A stretch of DNA of 39,045 bases from Bigelowiella natans CCMP2755 (taxonomy: Eukaryota > Protista > Cercozoa). The stretch spans positions 1 through 39,045 of the forward strand of contig ADNK01003320.1 of NCBI GenBank assembly GCA_000320545.1, written 5' to 3'. Positions within the stretch are counted from its first letter, which is position 1, and each line of letters opens with the position of its first letter. This document shows positions 11,701 through 21,952 of the stretch, piece after piece. Both the position numbers and the translations under genes were made by a program. Below the pieces are notes generated by a model that saw only the letters and a program-made list of their open reading frames with translations, was not told the origin of the DNA and did not search any database.

Positions 11701-14700
11701 TATGTTAGGTTTATTCTGCCGGAAGCCAGTGAGGAGGTGATAAGTGATAAGGAGCATAGATTTAATCTTGGTATAAGATCCTTGATTGTAAAATAGGTGA
11801 ATATATCGGACAATTCAAAGCAAAGGATATCAAAGAACTGGCAAATGGTCTGTGTTATATCATTAGACATTGTATGCTCTACTTATTTTCCAAACTTCAA
11901 TGAAGATTAAGCGTAATAACTGCGTGGACCCTGCACTTTTTTTGAAAGCGGCGACAGAAACCCAATCAGTTCCGTACCTTTTATCTTATTTATCATTTTA
12001 CTTTGATGATCTAAAGAACGGTTATTGTTTTAAATGAATAAGATGATGCAAACGGATACCCTTCGACGATTCCATTCTTCAGATGAATATAGTTCTGCGA
12101 GAGAAATGAAGGAAGTAGTGTTTTCTTTGGCCAGAATCCCAGTATGATTGACAAAGTGACCCTTGTGTAAGTGTTTAGTTCGTCTTGCCCGCAAATTGCA
12201 ACAACCGCCTCCGATCGGAATTTACATTAGTGAGCAGTTTGATAAATATTCATTCCGAAGAAGGGAAACGTATAAAGGTTCTCAAGAGTCTAAGCAGTTA
12301 CCGAAAAAACGTGAATCATCTAAATAAATTCTTTCATAAAGGAATAGAAATAGAAAAATGGCTTCAAGGCGAAATTGACGGAAATCCTAGTAATAAGATA
12401 TTTTTCTCCCAGGAAAGATAATGGAATTTATACGAATATGTAGAGTGGAATTTAAAAGAAGGTAATTGAAACTTATGTGAAATGGTCATTAGGTATCGTA
12501 CTTGAGGGTGGAACAGCTGCAGAACTAGGAATCCTATTGCTGCAGCACCAATATTTGGAACCTCAGTGCGCAGGTGTTCAAGGTCATGGGTGGAATGCAC
12601 AAGGTATGATCGAATCTATGCTTTGTGTCTAAATACCATATATAATTACATAGTAGCACTAAATCAAGCGTTTCACTGAAACCTATACCTATTCGAATTG
12701 TCTTCTTTTAGGATATTATCGAGTAGCTCGGGGTGAGATTGTATCAGACAACCCTAAGAGGGGAAGATTTCGCGGGCGCGAAATAGATCTCAGTGAAATA
12801 GGAACCAGGGATAGCACGCGAAGACGAATAACGGAAGACTTAAAGGAAAATCTAAAAGAATCTATTAGCATAAGAGAATTAGGCATGGACAGATTTATTG
12901 CAGAATCGGAAATCAAGGCTAGACTTCTCTCAATCATGGATGGAGCTACCCTTGTGAACCGAATTTTGATCACGCCAAGATTGACATCAATCAACCTTTC
13001 CAATACAAATCTTGGGAGAGATACGTAAGTGCTGACCGCTAACTGCTTCTATGCTTCTATGCTTTGGGAAAAAGAGGTGCTTTCTAATGGAGCTTCTTTC
13101 ATTATATTTTGACATAGATATGTGGCACTATTCGTACTTCTTCGACATATGACTGACTTGAAGCAGTTACACCTTCGGCGTATCGGATGCAATGGTTTTT
13201 GTAAATACTTATTGTGCCATATTGGGTGAAGGCTTTACAGTTGTCTAACCACCTCAGGTGATGTACTTGTTGCACTTAGTGCTTTGATCCAATCCAGTTC
13301 TTCCCTGAGAGAAGTCGACTTAGGATTCAATGATATTGGAGTTAGAAACGATGAAAAGGAGCAATTTAGTGACGAAGGGGAGCCTCTGATTTTAGGAGCC
13401 ACTGTTCTGGGAGTTCTAAAAGATGGAAGAAACGATGAAGATGACACATCTAGCAATAGAGGGATACAGTCAGACACTTTCCATAAATCAGAAGAAGTGA
13501 AACTGGTCTTAGATCAATCTTCTCCTTCTCGAAGCCACGACAAATCCGCGTCACCAAGTACCATAGCTGATATTCTTCCTTCAGATTTGCAAGCATTGTT
13601 GAACGGAATTACAAAGTCGTCCAATTTGGAGAAACTTGATTTATCTCACAACAAATTGCGGTATATCTTCAACAATGTCATCCGATGAACTTTCTAATTT
13701 GTGTTGTGTGAACAGTAAAAACTTCTTCACAGAATTGGTAGACGGACTGGAGCGAAAATCAGGCCAGAATTCAGAGTCAAAATTTCAAACGGAAGCCGAA
13801 ACTATATTCTCTTGTGTCCTCTACGATCTCGATCTTACGTAATGACTACACGTGGTAGATTGCTTCTCAAATTTTAAGTAGTACAATTTCGGCAGTTACA
13901 ACCAGTACGATTTCACCGGAACAGAGATTGAGTCCCGACTATCGTCAATACTGCGAAAAAATAGGTTGTATCCCATTACTTGCTACTTGCCTTCTTCTCG
14001 AATATGACCGCTACATGTGTAACATAAGGGCCAATTTCAAACGGAAAAGTGTCATTGATGAAAAACGTATGAATAAAAGACATTCCACGGGAACATTTGC
14101 TCTAGAGGCGCTAGGTATTTGATATCTTGTTTTTTGAAATAGTTGAAACAGTGTGCTATGTCATGCTGATATAAAATTTAGGATCTGAGTTCGATGATTG
14201 GTCGTCCGAAGGGACGGGTAGCCAACGAAGCAATCATGGAAAATACCGAAGAAAAAGAATGGTGAAAGTTTCTATTACAATTTTCTGAAAACACTCACTC
14301 ATGTGTGAATTATAGACAATTGGAATGCGATCAACAAGAAGCCCTTCAATTTCTCCCACTTCCCGGCCAGGTAAGAGATATTCTATTGAACGATGTTTTC
14401 TGATATATGTAAATATGTGTATATTTAGGCTCGAGAGATGAGCACAGAAATTTTGCCTCTCGGTCCGTACCGGTAATCTAAATTACACTCAACGAACTGA
14501 AAGAGCAAATTCGGATTAGGATTGTTGTTATTTATCAATCAGAAGAGTAGTGTTAATATTAAGAATCGAGTGAACTCTCATTCAGAGCACTCCCAAAGTT
14601 TCCGAAAGAATTTCTCAGAAGGTAGCATAGGATTGCAGCCCACATTGATGAGCACACAGTTATGATGAATCTCGGCTTGAATACATTGTGTGAAGGGCCG

Positions 14701-15630
14701 GATCCAATCCAACAAAATAATAGAAATATTTCCCAACCATCTCCTCCGAATGCGTCGCCAATATCAATAACTCCTCCAGGTCTTCTCTTTAAAAGTATAA
14801 AGTTGAGTTTATTGTTTGAAAATGGATACCTAATATCATGAATCTTAAAAAGCAAATGAAGCTGATCCAACTGGCTCGAAAGAAACTAAAATAAAGGCAG
14901 TAACTACTAGTAAAATGAAACTTGAGGAAAAGCCGACCCCAAAACTTAAGCCATCATCAGAAGCAATAGAAGTGATTGAGAAGATAAAACCTACAAGCGA
15001 GGATTCTCGGATAAATGTTGCACCCTCAAAACCATATGGGGACCTGGTTGAGGGTAGGGAAGATTCATCGGAGAAAGTTAACGTTGCAAAAGAATTGAAA
15101 AAAGAAGACGATAAAAAAAGAATTATACCCAAGAATGTTGAAGGAGTGGAAAAGAATATTCCCCGGAAGCAAGAAGAGAATAGCAAAATAGGAAGGGGAG
15201 AAGCAAAGGAAGGAGAAATTCCCCAAGGAACTAAGAAAACTGAACTAGTAGATAACGAAAAACAACAACATAAGGCAAAGGAGAAGCCTGCAGTTGTAGC
15301 TAAGAGCCGTTCCATGACTGATATTGAAAAGTCTAAAGCTAAGAAGAAAATCCCGCCCCTTGCTAAAAGTCAGTATCCAAGTGATATATTGAATAATTAG
15401 GATTATTAAAATATTTGATATAATTTAGGAGACTCACTAGTTCTCAGTCGTGTTGCATTATATCAAGCACAGGTTAGTCGATCATCTAGTCGTACAAATC
15501 TGTTCCTAATCTCCTATTTGACTTTTGACGTATGCAGTTAAAGAAACTCGAGGTCTCAAGATCAAGGACTCCTAAGAAGAAGGTATTTAAAGTACTTCGA
15601 AGAGCTGATGGTGAAGTGTCTACCGTATGA
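8731..15630 (+). CDS. Large multidomain protein: N-terminal F-BAR(FCH), RGS-like domain, ribonuclease-inhibitor-type LRRs, charged low-complexity tail; dozens of short introns
   Basis: F-BAR: SRLAKARDQCKAISHIVRDWAAASETYAK|ALGKLS ... IMGLMERIDKKRIER ... EAIMQIDSTKDIQQFV (8904-10520). RGS: VFLNEDLKMMFRDFLES|ERSSENINLLDTNNEF (10876-11055) and FILPEASEE|VNISDNSKQRI (about 11710-11835). LRR: LTSINLSNTNLG, LKQLHLRRIG, LREVDLGFNDIG, LEKLDLSHNKL (12980-13660). The K/E-rich ORF 14915-15400 follows. The start (8731, donor GTATGT) and stop (15628-15630) are inferred. Confidence 0.75.
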
Positions 15631-15696
15631 ATATAATGGCAGATTCGCTTATTCCGGAGAAGTGCTACTATCGATGATGCAAAAGATAATTATAAA

Positions 15697-16380
15697 TTCG
15701 GATCCAAATCTCAAGACCCTGTTGATGTGAACGGTGCGGAATGATCAAGATGCCATTTGAGCATCATGCCACACATGATGAAAGAGTAGGTGCTATTTCA
15801 GACTTGCATGCAGTCGCTGCCATTTTGTCATCCCAGCCAAATGCAGTGAGGATGCATTGTCACAACCCAAAAGGTCCGAACACCAGCATTGTGTGTCCAT
15901 GTCTAGATGTGCACTACATGAAAGTGCCAGCCCTACCATGAGGGAGGGATTCGAATCCAATGCACATGAACCATTGATTGTTTGTGAATCGATCCAAAAT
16001 TGAGCCACAATGAAAGCTACAAAGCCTAGAAGGCTAGAAGGAGCACATCTAGACATGTGCACTCACCATCTAGCCATCCGCTAATCTAGTGATCTAGATG
16101 CTGTGCTGTGATGCTGACATCTAGACATGCATGCACGCGCGCACACGTCCTAGCTCTAGAGCTAACTTGCTAGCTAGCTAGGTAGCCGTAAAAAAATGTG
16201 AGGGTTCATCTCGTGCTAGCGTGTCCGTTGTCGCGCTCACCCTCCACTAGTCTAGCCCTGGCTAGCTGGACTAGTTGTCTATGGAGTGCACGTCCGCTCT
16301 GTCTGTCTAGCTCTAGAGCTGTTCTAGCTGTTGCGTGCACGCCGAGCGCAACACCCGCCTCTAGACCTGCAATCTAGCAA
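15697..16380. other. TpA-poor, extremely CTAG-rich block between two convergent gene ends
   Basis: 22 CTAG in 16026-16377. Most remaining TA are in CTA or TAG half-sites. Confidence 0.9.
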
Positions 16381-16458
16381 TGCTGGAATGCGTTGCAAGC
16401 TCCTATTTCTTCCATGCTGTTCATTTTGACTAACATGATCAAAGATCTACCCTTCTCG

Positions 16459-17882
16459 CTAATTTGATCCGCCGTCGACGCCATTGTTCGTACTGCGTCG
16501 ATCAAAACAAGCTCTAAATCTAGCCCTGTATGGATGTATTTCAGCGAACTGCTGATGTGGCAGATCAACATAAAGGTACACATTGGCTGCCGCGAGTCCC
16601 TCCTCCTCTGCAAGGGCAATGAGATTTAAGATCCTCATCCTGACGAGCGGGAACAGATCGGGATTGCAATGCAAAGCGCTCACCTCCTCCAAGTTCACTG
16701 CTACATATGGGAAAAGCTCCCCCCAGGCCCTATGCCTCGCAGTGAATTGCCGCGAAAAGACCTCCCTACCGCACGACCTCGTTGCTTTCGCAGGTTGCAA
16801 GAACTCGATGGCTGCTAAGTCGTCGAGCTTCGGGAGCTGCGACATGAACCGAAGCTCGGATGGGAGCACCTGCATCGAAAGTGCAAGTCACGAGTATCCG
16901 GGGGCTTCTCAAAAAGGATAGAGCTATACGTACGTAGTGTCAACAACACGAAAACTACGAGCGTTCATGAAATCAAAAAGTAATTCATCGGAAGGAAAAA
17001 GAGTGGCCGCGAAAATGCTTTCCTACACTGAGCGATAACCAACTGCTGTTTATTACCCTGAAGTTGTTCCACAAAAAAGCTCCCATGTCCGAATCATCGT
17101 GGAGGCAGATCGAACGAAATTTGCCGCTAATTCGTGAGAATGCAGCTACGAGGGGGTTTGACATTACAATGCATGTGCCCCCGCTCACATGGATGGTAGA
17201 TTTTGAGTACTTGTGTGCCGGATGCTCTGTGATTCCCACATAGCCTACCCTCCCCACCAGCGCCATCTCCGAGGAATTGTACAGATTGAGGGCCCTCAAT
17301 ATATTCCGGGGAAAAATGAACGCGTCTTCCGAACAGCGCAAATACCAGTCTGCAAGAGGGTTGGAGCGGTGTGCGAGCACGAAGGCCCTCTCGGTTTTGC
17401 AACAAACACCTTCCTCGTAGCTGTTCACCATGCAGCCGTCACGTTCCAGGCCCTTGAAGGACGTCGCATTTTTCACGCCCACGTAATTGATGAGGATGCT
17501 GCCGTCGTGAATTCCAGAGTTGAATCGTGAGAACGAGCTTCCAGCCCAACCACTCCGAAGCGTAGTATTCAGGGAAGCGAAGTCCTCTTCCATTGTTATG
17601 ATCGTGACGGAGAGTAATGTGGAGCGCTCTTTCCGTGAAGACTCAACCTTTGCATAGCTTCTTCGCACAGCTTTCTCATGTTGACTAGAATTAGAATCCC
17701 CCGACCTGCATCATGTTCGCGAGTTGGCGGAGCATGCAAACGGAAAGCGATGAGGAGAGGGCGAAGCTTCAACTTTACCTACCCCTCCCTACACACATGA
17801 AGGCACGCCACGCTTACCGAAGACACAACTGACAGAGAGCAAGAAACACCGTCAGCCCCACCCCGAGTACAACTTGCCGCAT
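16459..17882 (-). CDS. Type II membrane glycosyltransferase, GT31/fringe-like, about 374 aa, 3 exons
   Basis: Exons 17818-17882 (MRQVVLGVGLTVFLALCQLCL signal anchor), 17057-17705 and 16459-16869, phases consistent. Motifs ADWYLRCSEDAFIFPRNILRAL, SGGTCIVMS and HDDSDMGAFL match the fringe/C1GALT1 pattern (DWF..xDDDT, GG.G.V.S, EDV..G..L). Confidence 0.75.
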
Positions 17883-18489
17883 TGGATCTGTGTGAGAGCA
17901 CGCAACCTTCGTCGGGTTACATTCAGCTTGACAACACGTTGTTCCAGATTTAGGCACAATTTTACGGCTGAATACATCCCACAGTGAAAAGAAAATTGGT
18001 GCTTCATTGAGCCCATTTGCCCATTTGCAATGAATTGACATCCCAAAATTTCCGGTGTGCCGAGCGATTACGCAGTCACATCGAAGAAAAACTGTTCTTG
18101 CCAAACAACAACCCCACAACAACAGCCAGGGGCTCCTGCCAAAACGAGTCAGTATTCGGTAGCATGATTCACAACAGCAGTTCAAAAAGACATGACGTGT
18201 GCCATTTGTGCAAGAAAGCCGAGAATCTGCCATCAAATTGAACATTTTCAAGGCAATTTTTCACCATTCTTCCCGCAAATGAAGCCATTAGGTCCAAATT
18301 CCATGGAAAAAACTCGAGTGACCCTCTCGAGTTGCACCGGTGGCGTCACAACACGGCCAGGTTTTTTGCCTCGGAGCCACGAGGGTTGGTGACACGTTGG
18401 TCCTTGCAATGAGCATGTTGAGGCTCTGCTGAACGCACACGCCTGTCTCCCATGTGGTTCTGGCGCACGCAGATTTGATCAATGCTTTG

Positions 18490-18538
18490 TTCAATGTTCA
18501 ATGTTCAATGTTCAATGTTCAATGTTCAATGTTCAATG
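18490..18538 (+). repeat. (TTCAATG)n heptanucleotide tandem repeat, about 7 copies
   Basis: ttcaatgttcaatg... read directly. Degenerate versions occur at about 19780-19802 and 20737-20755. Confidence 0.9.
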
Positions 18539-18551
18539 CTCAGCTTTTGAA

Positions 18552-19753
18552 ACAATGAAACAATGAAACAATGATGAAAAACTGCATTTCCAAAGTGTGG
18601 CAAGACACTTGCAGTGTTTTGATTTTCCCAAATCTCAGCAGAGCGCAGCACCATTCTTGATTCCTTCTGGTTGTTTGGATTTCGCCGATGCGGCGCGATG
18701 CGGCAATGTGGGTGGGGGTTTGGTCACCTCCCACCCCTGAACCACATTCCTGGACACCGGTGGGATGGACAGACATGTCGCCCCAGCCACCGGTGACCAG
18801 GCAGCCAAACGAAGGACGTGTGGATCTGCACTCAAGATTCAAAGTCACATTCGGAAAAAAATTGGTGTGATGCGGCAATGGGCGGGGGGTTGGTCACCTC
18901 CCAACCCTGAACCACATTCCTGGTCACTGGTGGGGTGGACAGACTTGTCGCCCCAGCCACCGGTGACTTGGCAGCCAAGTGAAGGATGCATGGATCTGCA
19001 TTCAAGATTCAAAGTTGCATTCGCCGAAATGGCACTGGGTGGTGGGTTTTTCGGTTGCGAGGGTGGCTTTTCCCCTCATCCCCGCACCACATTCCTGTTC
19101 ACCGGTGGGGCAGGCCACCGGAGAATTGGATGCCAAGTGAAGGATTTTCGGATCTGTGTCCAACGTTCACCCCGGATGAATCCCGTCAGGATGAAGGTGT
19201 CCTCCTCAAACTTTGTGCCCTCCAGGCAATGTCTCCATTGGGCCGAGGATGTTGTGGTTGGCGTGAAGCCAGTGCTTCTGGTTGCAATGATGGGGGCTTT
19301 GTCTCCGCAAAAGCCGGGGATGTTGTGGTCATTGCGAAGCTCGCTGTCCAAATGGACTGGGAACGAAGAATGCATCCTCCTCCGTCTTCATGCCTTCCAG
19401 TGAGGGCAATGTCTCCGCAAAAGCTGGGGATGTTGTGGCAGGCATGAAGCAGACCACGAAGGTGTGGTCCATGGGATTGTTCTCTTGGGGTTCGCAGGTG
19501 TGGTGTTCTTGCTTGGTGATCTCCAAGCACGAGCAAACCATCACGACAGGATTTGGGGATGCGTGGTCCTGAAGTTGGCACTGAAAACAATGAAACTAGG
19601 AACGGAGGAGTGACTGCAATGCCATTCTTGATTCCTTTTGGTTTCACCAAATGGTCCTCACTGAAGTCAGTTCGAGGCACTGCGTTTCGTGCACTGCAAG
19701 TGTCTTGTTGCACTTTGGAAACGTGGTTCTTCATCATTGTTCATTGTTCATTG
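18552..19753. repeat. Inverted repeat pair of about 60 bp (18552-18616 and 19692-19753)
   Basis: caatgatgaaaaactgcatttccaaagtgtggcaagacacttgcagtg versus the reverse complement of the second arm, caatgatgaagaaccacgtttccaaagtgcaacaagacacttgcagtg. Confidence 0.85.
18697..19180 (+). repeat. Tandem repeat of about 170 bp (two good copies, one degenerate), with further copies at 20778-20950 and 30173-30355
   Basis: Shared core gatgcgg..ctgaaccacattcc..ccccagccaccggtgac..gccaa(g/a)(t/c)gaagga..gatctgca, with a 170-bp offset between copies 1 and 2. Confidence 0.9.
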
Positions 19754-21952
19754 CTCCGTGTGCAAGTCCCACGTGCTTTGTTCAGTGTTCAACGTTCACT
19801 GTCCACGAAGACACGTGTCTCCAACACCTTCTGTTTTCCTGTCAAGGAACGTCTGACATCAGTGACCGTTTTTTGTGTGGGGTCCGCGTTGGATTCTTCA
19901 ACGACACAACACGTCATCAAGCAAACCTGTCACATGCACAACAAACAATGAGCTGCTTGCTCAAACATTCAGCAGAAACTGCTCTCAGCTGCCCGTCGCG
20001 CAGTGCTGCCTGGCTCCCTGTTGAGACGGGCTGTTGAATCATGTCGTCGGTCCGTTCCAATGGCCAAAGTCACACCAAGTCGTCTGCACCAAACTGCCTC
20101 CGTTTCGTGTCTGAACAACCGAAACTGCGACTTGGCAACTGCTCCCAATGGAACGGGCCGATTGCCCAACTCGGCAACATCCATCACAACAATTGACTGG
20201 GATGTTTTGCTTGCTGCTGCATTCCCATGACGTGTGCGCTCATGTGAAATTGTTCCAACGGTCCGTCACCTTGTCTCTCGTCACCTGGCTGAACCTCGTG
20301 ACAAGGTGTCACCTTGCGTGTTTTTCCGTTCATGCCTTCACTCTGGCACTGGAAAAATTGCGCCTTGCCTTGGGTGCCACGTCTGGTGTTTCTTTGTTCG
20401 ACTGATGAAGAAATCGACAGGGCTTTCCGACGAACCATTGATCTGCTCGATGATTTCGCTGCTGTTCGCCAGTCTGGTTTTTCCCCACGCTGGCATGCTC
20501 CCAGTTTTTCCTTCCCCAGTCCTGACGCTGAGCTGTCAGAACTTGCCAGCTTGCCTGACAATTGACGGCTGTCAGCCTTCACTCACCTTCAACAGGGTGA
20601 TGACAAGTCCTTGCAATGACGTTTGTCGAGGCTCTGCTGCGTGCTCACCTGGCCATGCCAGCATGTCTGTCCAGCTGTCTCCCGCCGTGTGGTTCTGGCG
20701 CACGTGCTGCGTGGTTTTGATCAATGCAATGCTTTTTTCAGTGTTCCATGTTCAACACATGCACCCTGTTGGCGCGCGATGCGGTGATGGGCGGGGGGGG
20801 TTGAGTCACGAGGGTGGCTTTTCCTCCCATCCCTGAACCACATTCCAGTTTGCCGGTGGGACAGACAGACGTGTCGCCCCAGCCATCGGTGACTTGGTTG
20901 CCAAGTGAAGGATGTTTGAATCTGCATTGCAAACTTTTCCCGGATGAAGCCTTTGCTCAAAGCCCCACAGCCGTGCAAAGTTCGCGCGCTTCCACTCAAA
21001 ACATCAGAAATGCGTGATGTTTTCAAAACACGACGCACTTCTGAAAGCGCTCAAAGTGCGAGCCAGCTAGCCAGGCGCCCAGCTAGCCAGGAAGCAACGT
21101 GAAAATGACCGTCAATGAGAGTCACCATCAAGCACATCACTCGTTTGCACTTTTCGCACGTTTCTCGTGTGCACCAGTGCAGGGAACCTTCCAAGCAGCT
21201 TTGCCGCACCGCGCTCGCGTTCCAAGGCCAACCACGTGTTTTCGCCGAAACTTGAGCCAAAAAACAAAGAGTTCAAAGTGTTCAACTGGCAGTCATTTGC
21301 GGCATCTGGACGTGGTGAGAGCACTCAATTGCGCCATGTTTGAACGCCAAACTTCAAAAATTGAACGAGCCAGCTCGTTTTGCAGGCAAACGCTAGCACG
21401 TGAAGTGAGTGACGGAAACGTGTCAACATTGGAACACGCCAGCACGTCCCCAGCTAGCCAGCCATGCTAGCCAGCTGGCCAGCTGCGTTCAGCCACTCGC
21501 AATTTCTTTTTGAGGTGACACGTGCACAGGTGCATGTCCTCGCAATGCGTGTGCCGCCTTTGTCCTGCCGGCACCAGCTAGCCAGGGCATGCTAGCATGC
21601 CAGCTAGCCAGCATGGCACACCTAGACATGCACGTGTGTGTGTGTGTGTGTGTGTGTGTTGATGACGCACCGAAGTGCAATTCCAACAACAACACGTGCC
21701 AGCGACACCATGCTAGCAAGGCTAGCAAGAGCTTGCAATCGGTGCGCGCGCTTGCTAGCTTTTGCGCATCACGCCAGCATGAGTGAATGGCCAGGTGGAA
21801 GGGAAGCTGAATTCGCATCGTAATTCTTGAAGTGCCATCTCTGATGAAATCAAAGTCAGCACGTTCAAAAGTTGACATGCAGCAGTGCGACACACGAATT
21901 GGATCTTCGCCAGTTCGTGGTGCAAACCACAACTTGATCGAGCTAGCGAGGG

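Larger units (their letters stand above)
18307..20960. mobile_element. Composite of degenerate, nested repeat/transposon remnants; family unassigned
   Basis: It begins with a hairpin motif shared with 30126, and 20760-20958 matches 30153-30363. It contains a direct repeat (18400-18510 vs 20608-20755), an inverted repeat, a 170-bp tandem array and short microsatellite tails. No intact transposase or RT ORF is recognisable. Confidence 0.6.

Noticed and set aside
18697-19450. CRISPR-like or regularly spaced array
   Set aside because: The units are whole 170-bp diverged tandem copies and a degenerate motif of about 40 bp. There are no identical short repeats with unique spacers, no cas genes, and the context is eukaryotic.
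18288-21932. Dense overlapping ORFs in all six frames
   Set aside because: An artefact of TA loss, which removes TAA/TAG stops. The peptides lack Tyr, are rich in His/Cys and show no recognisable domain.
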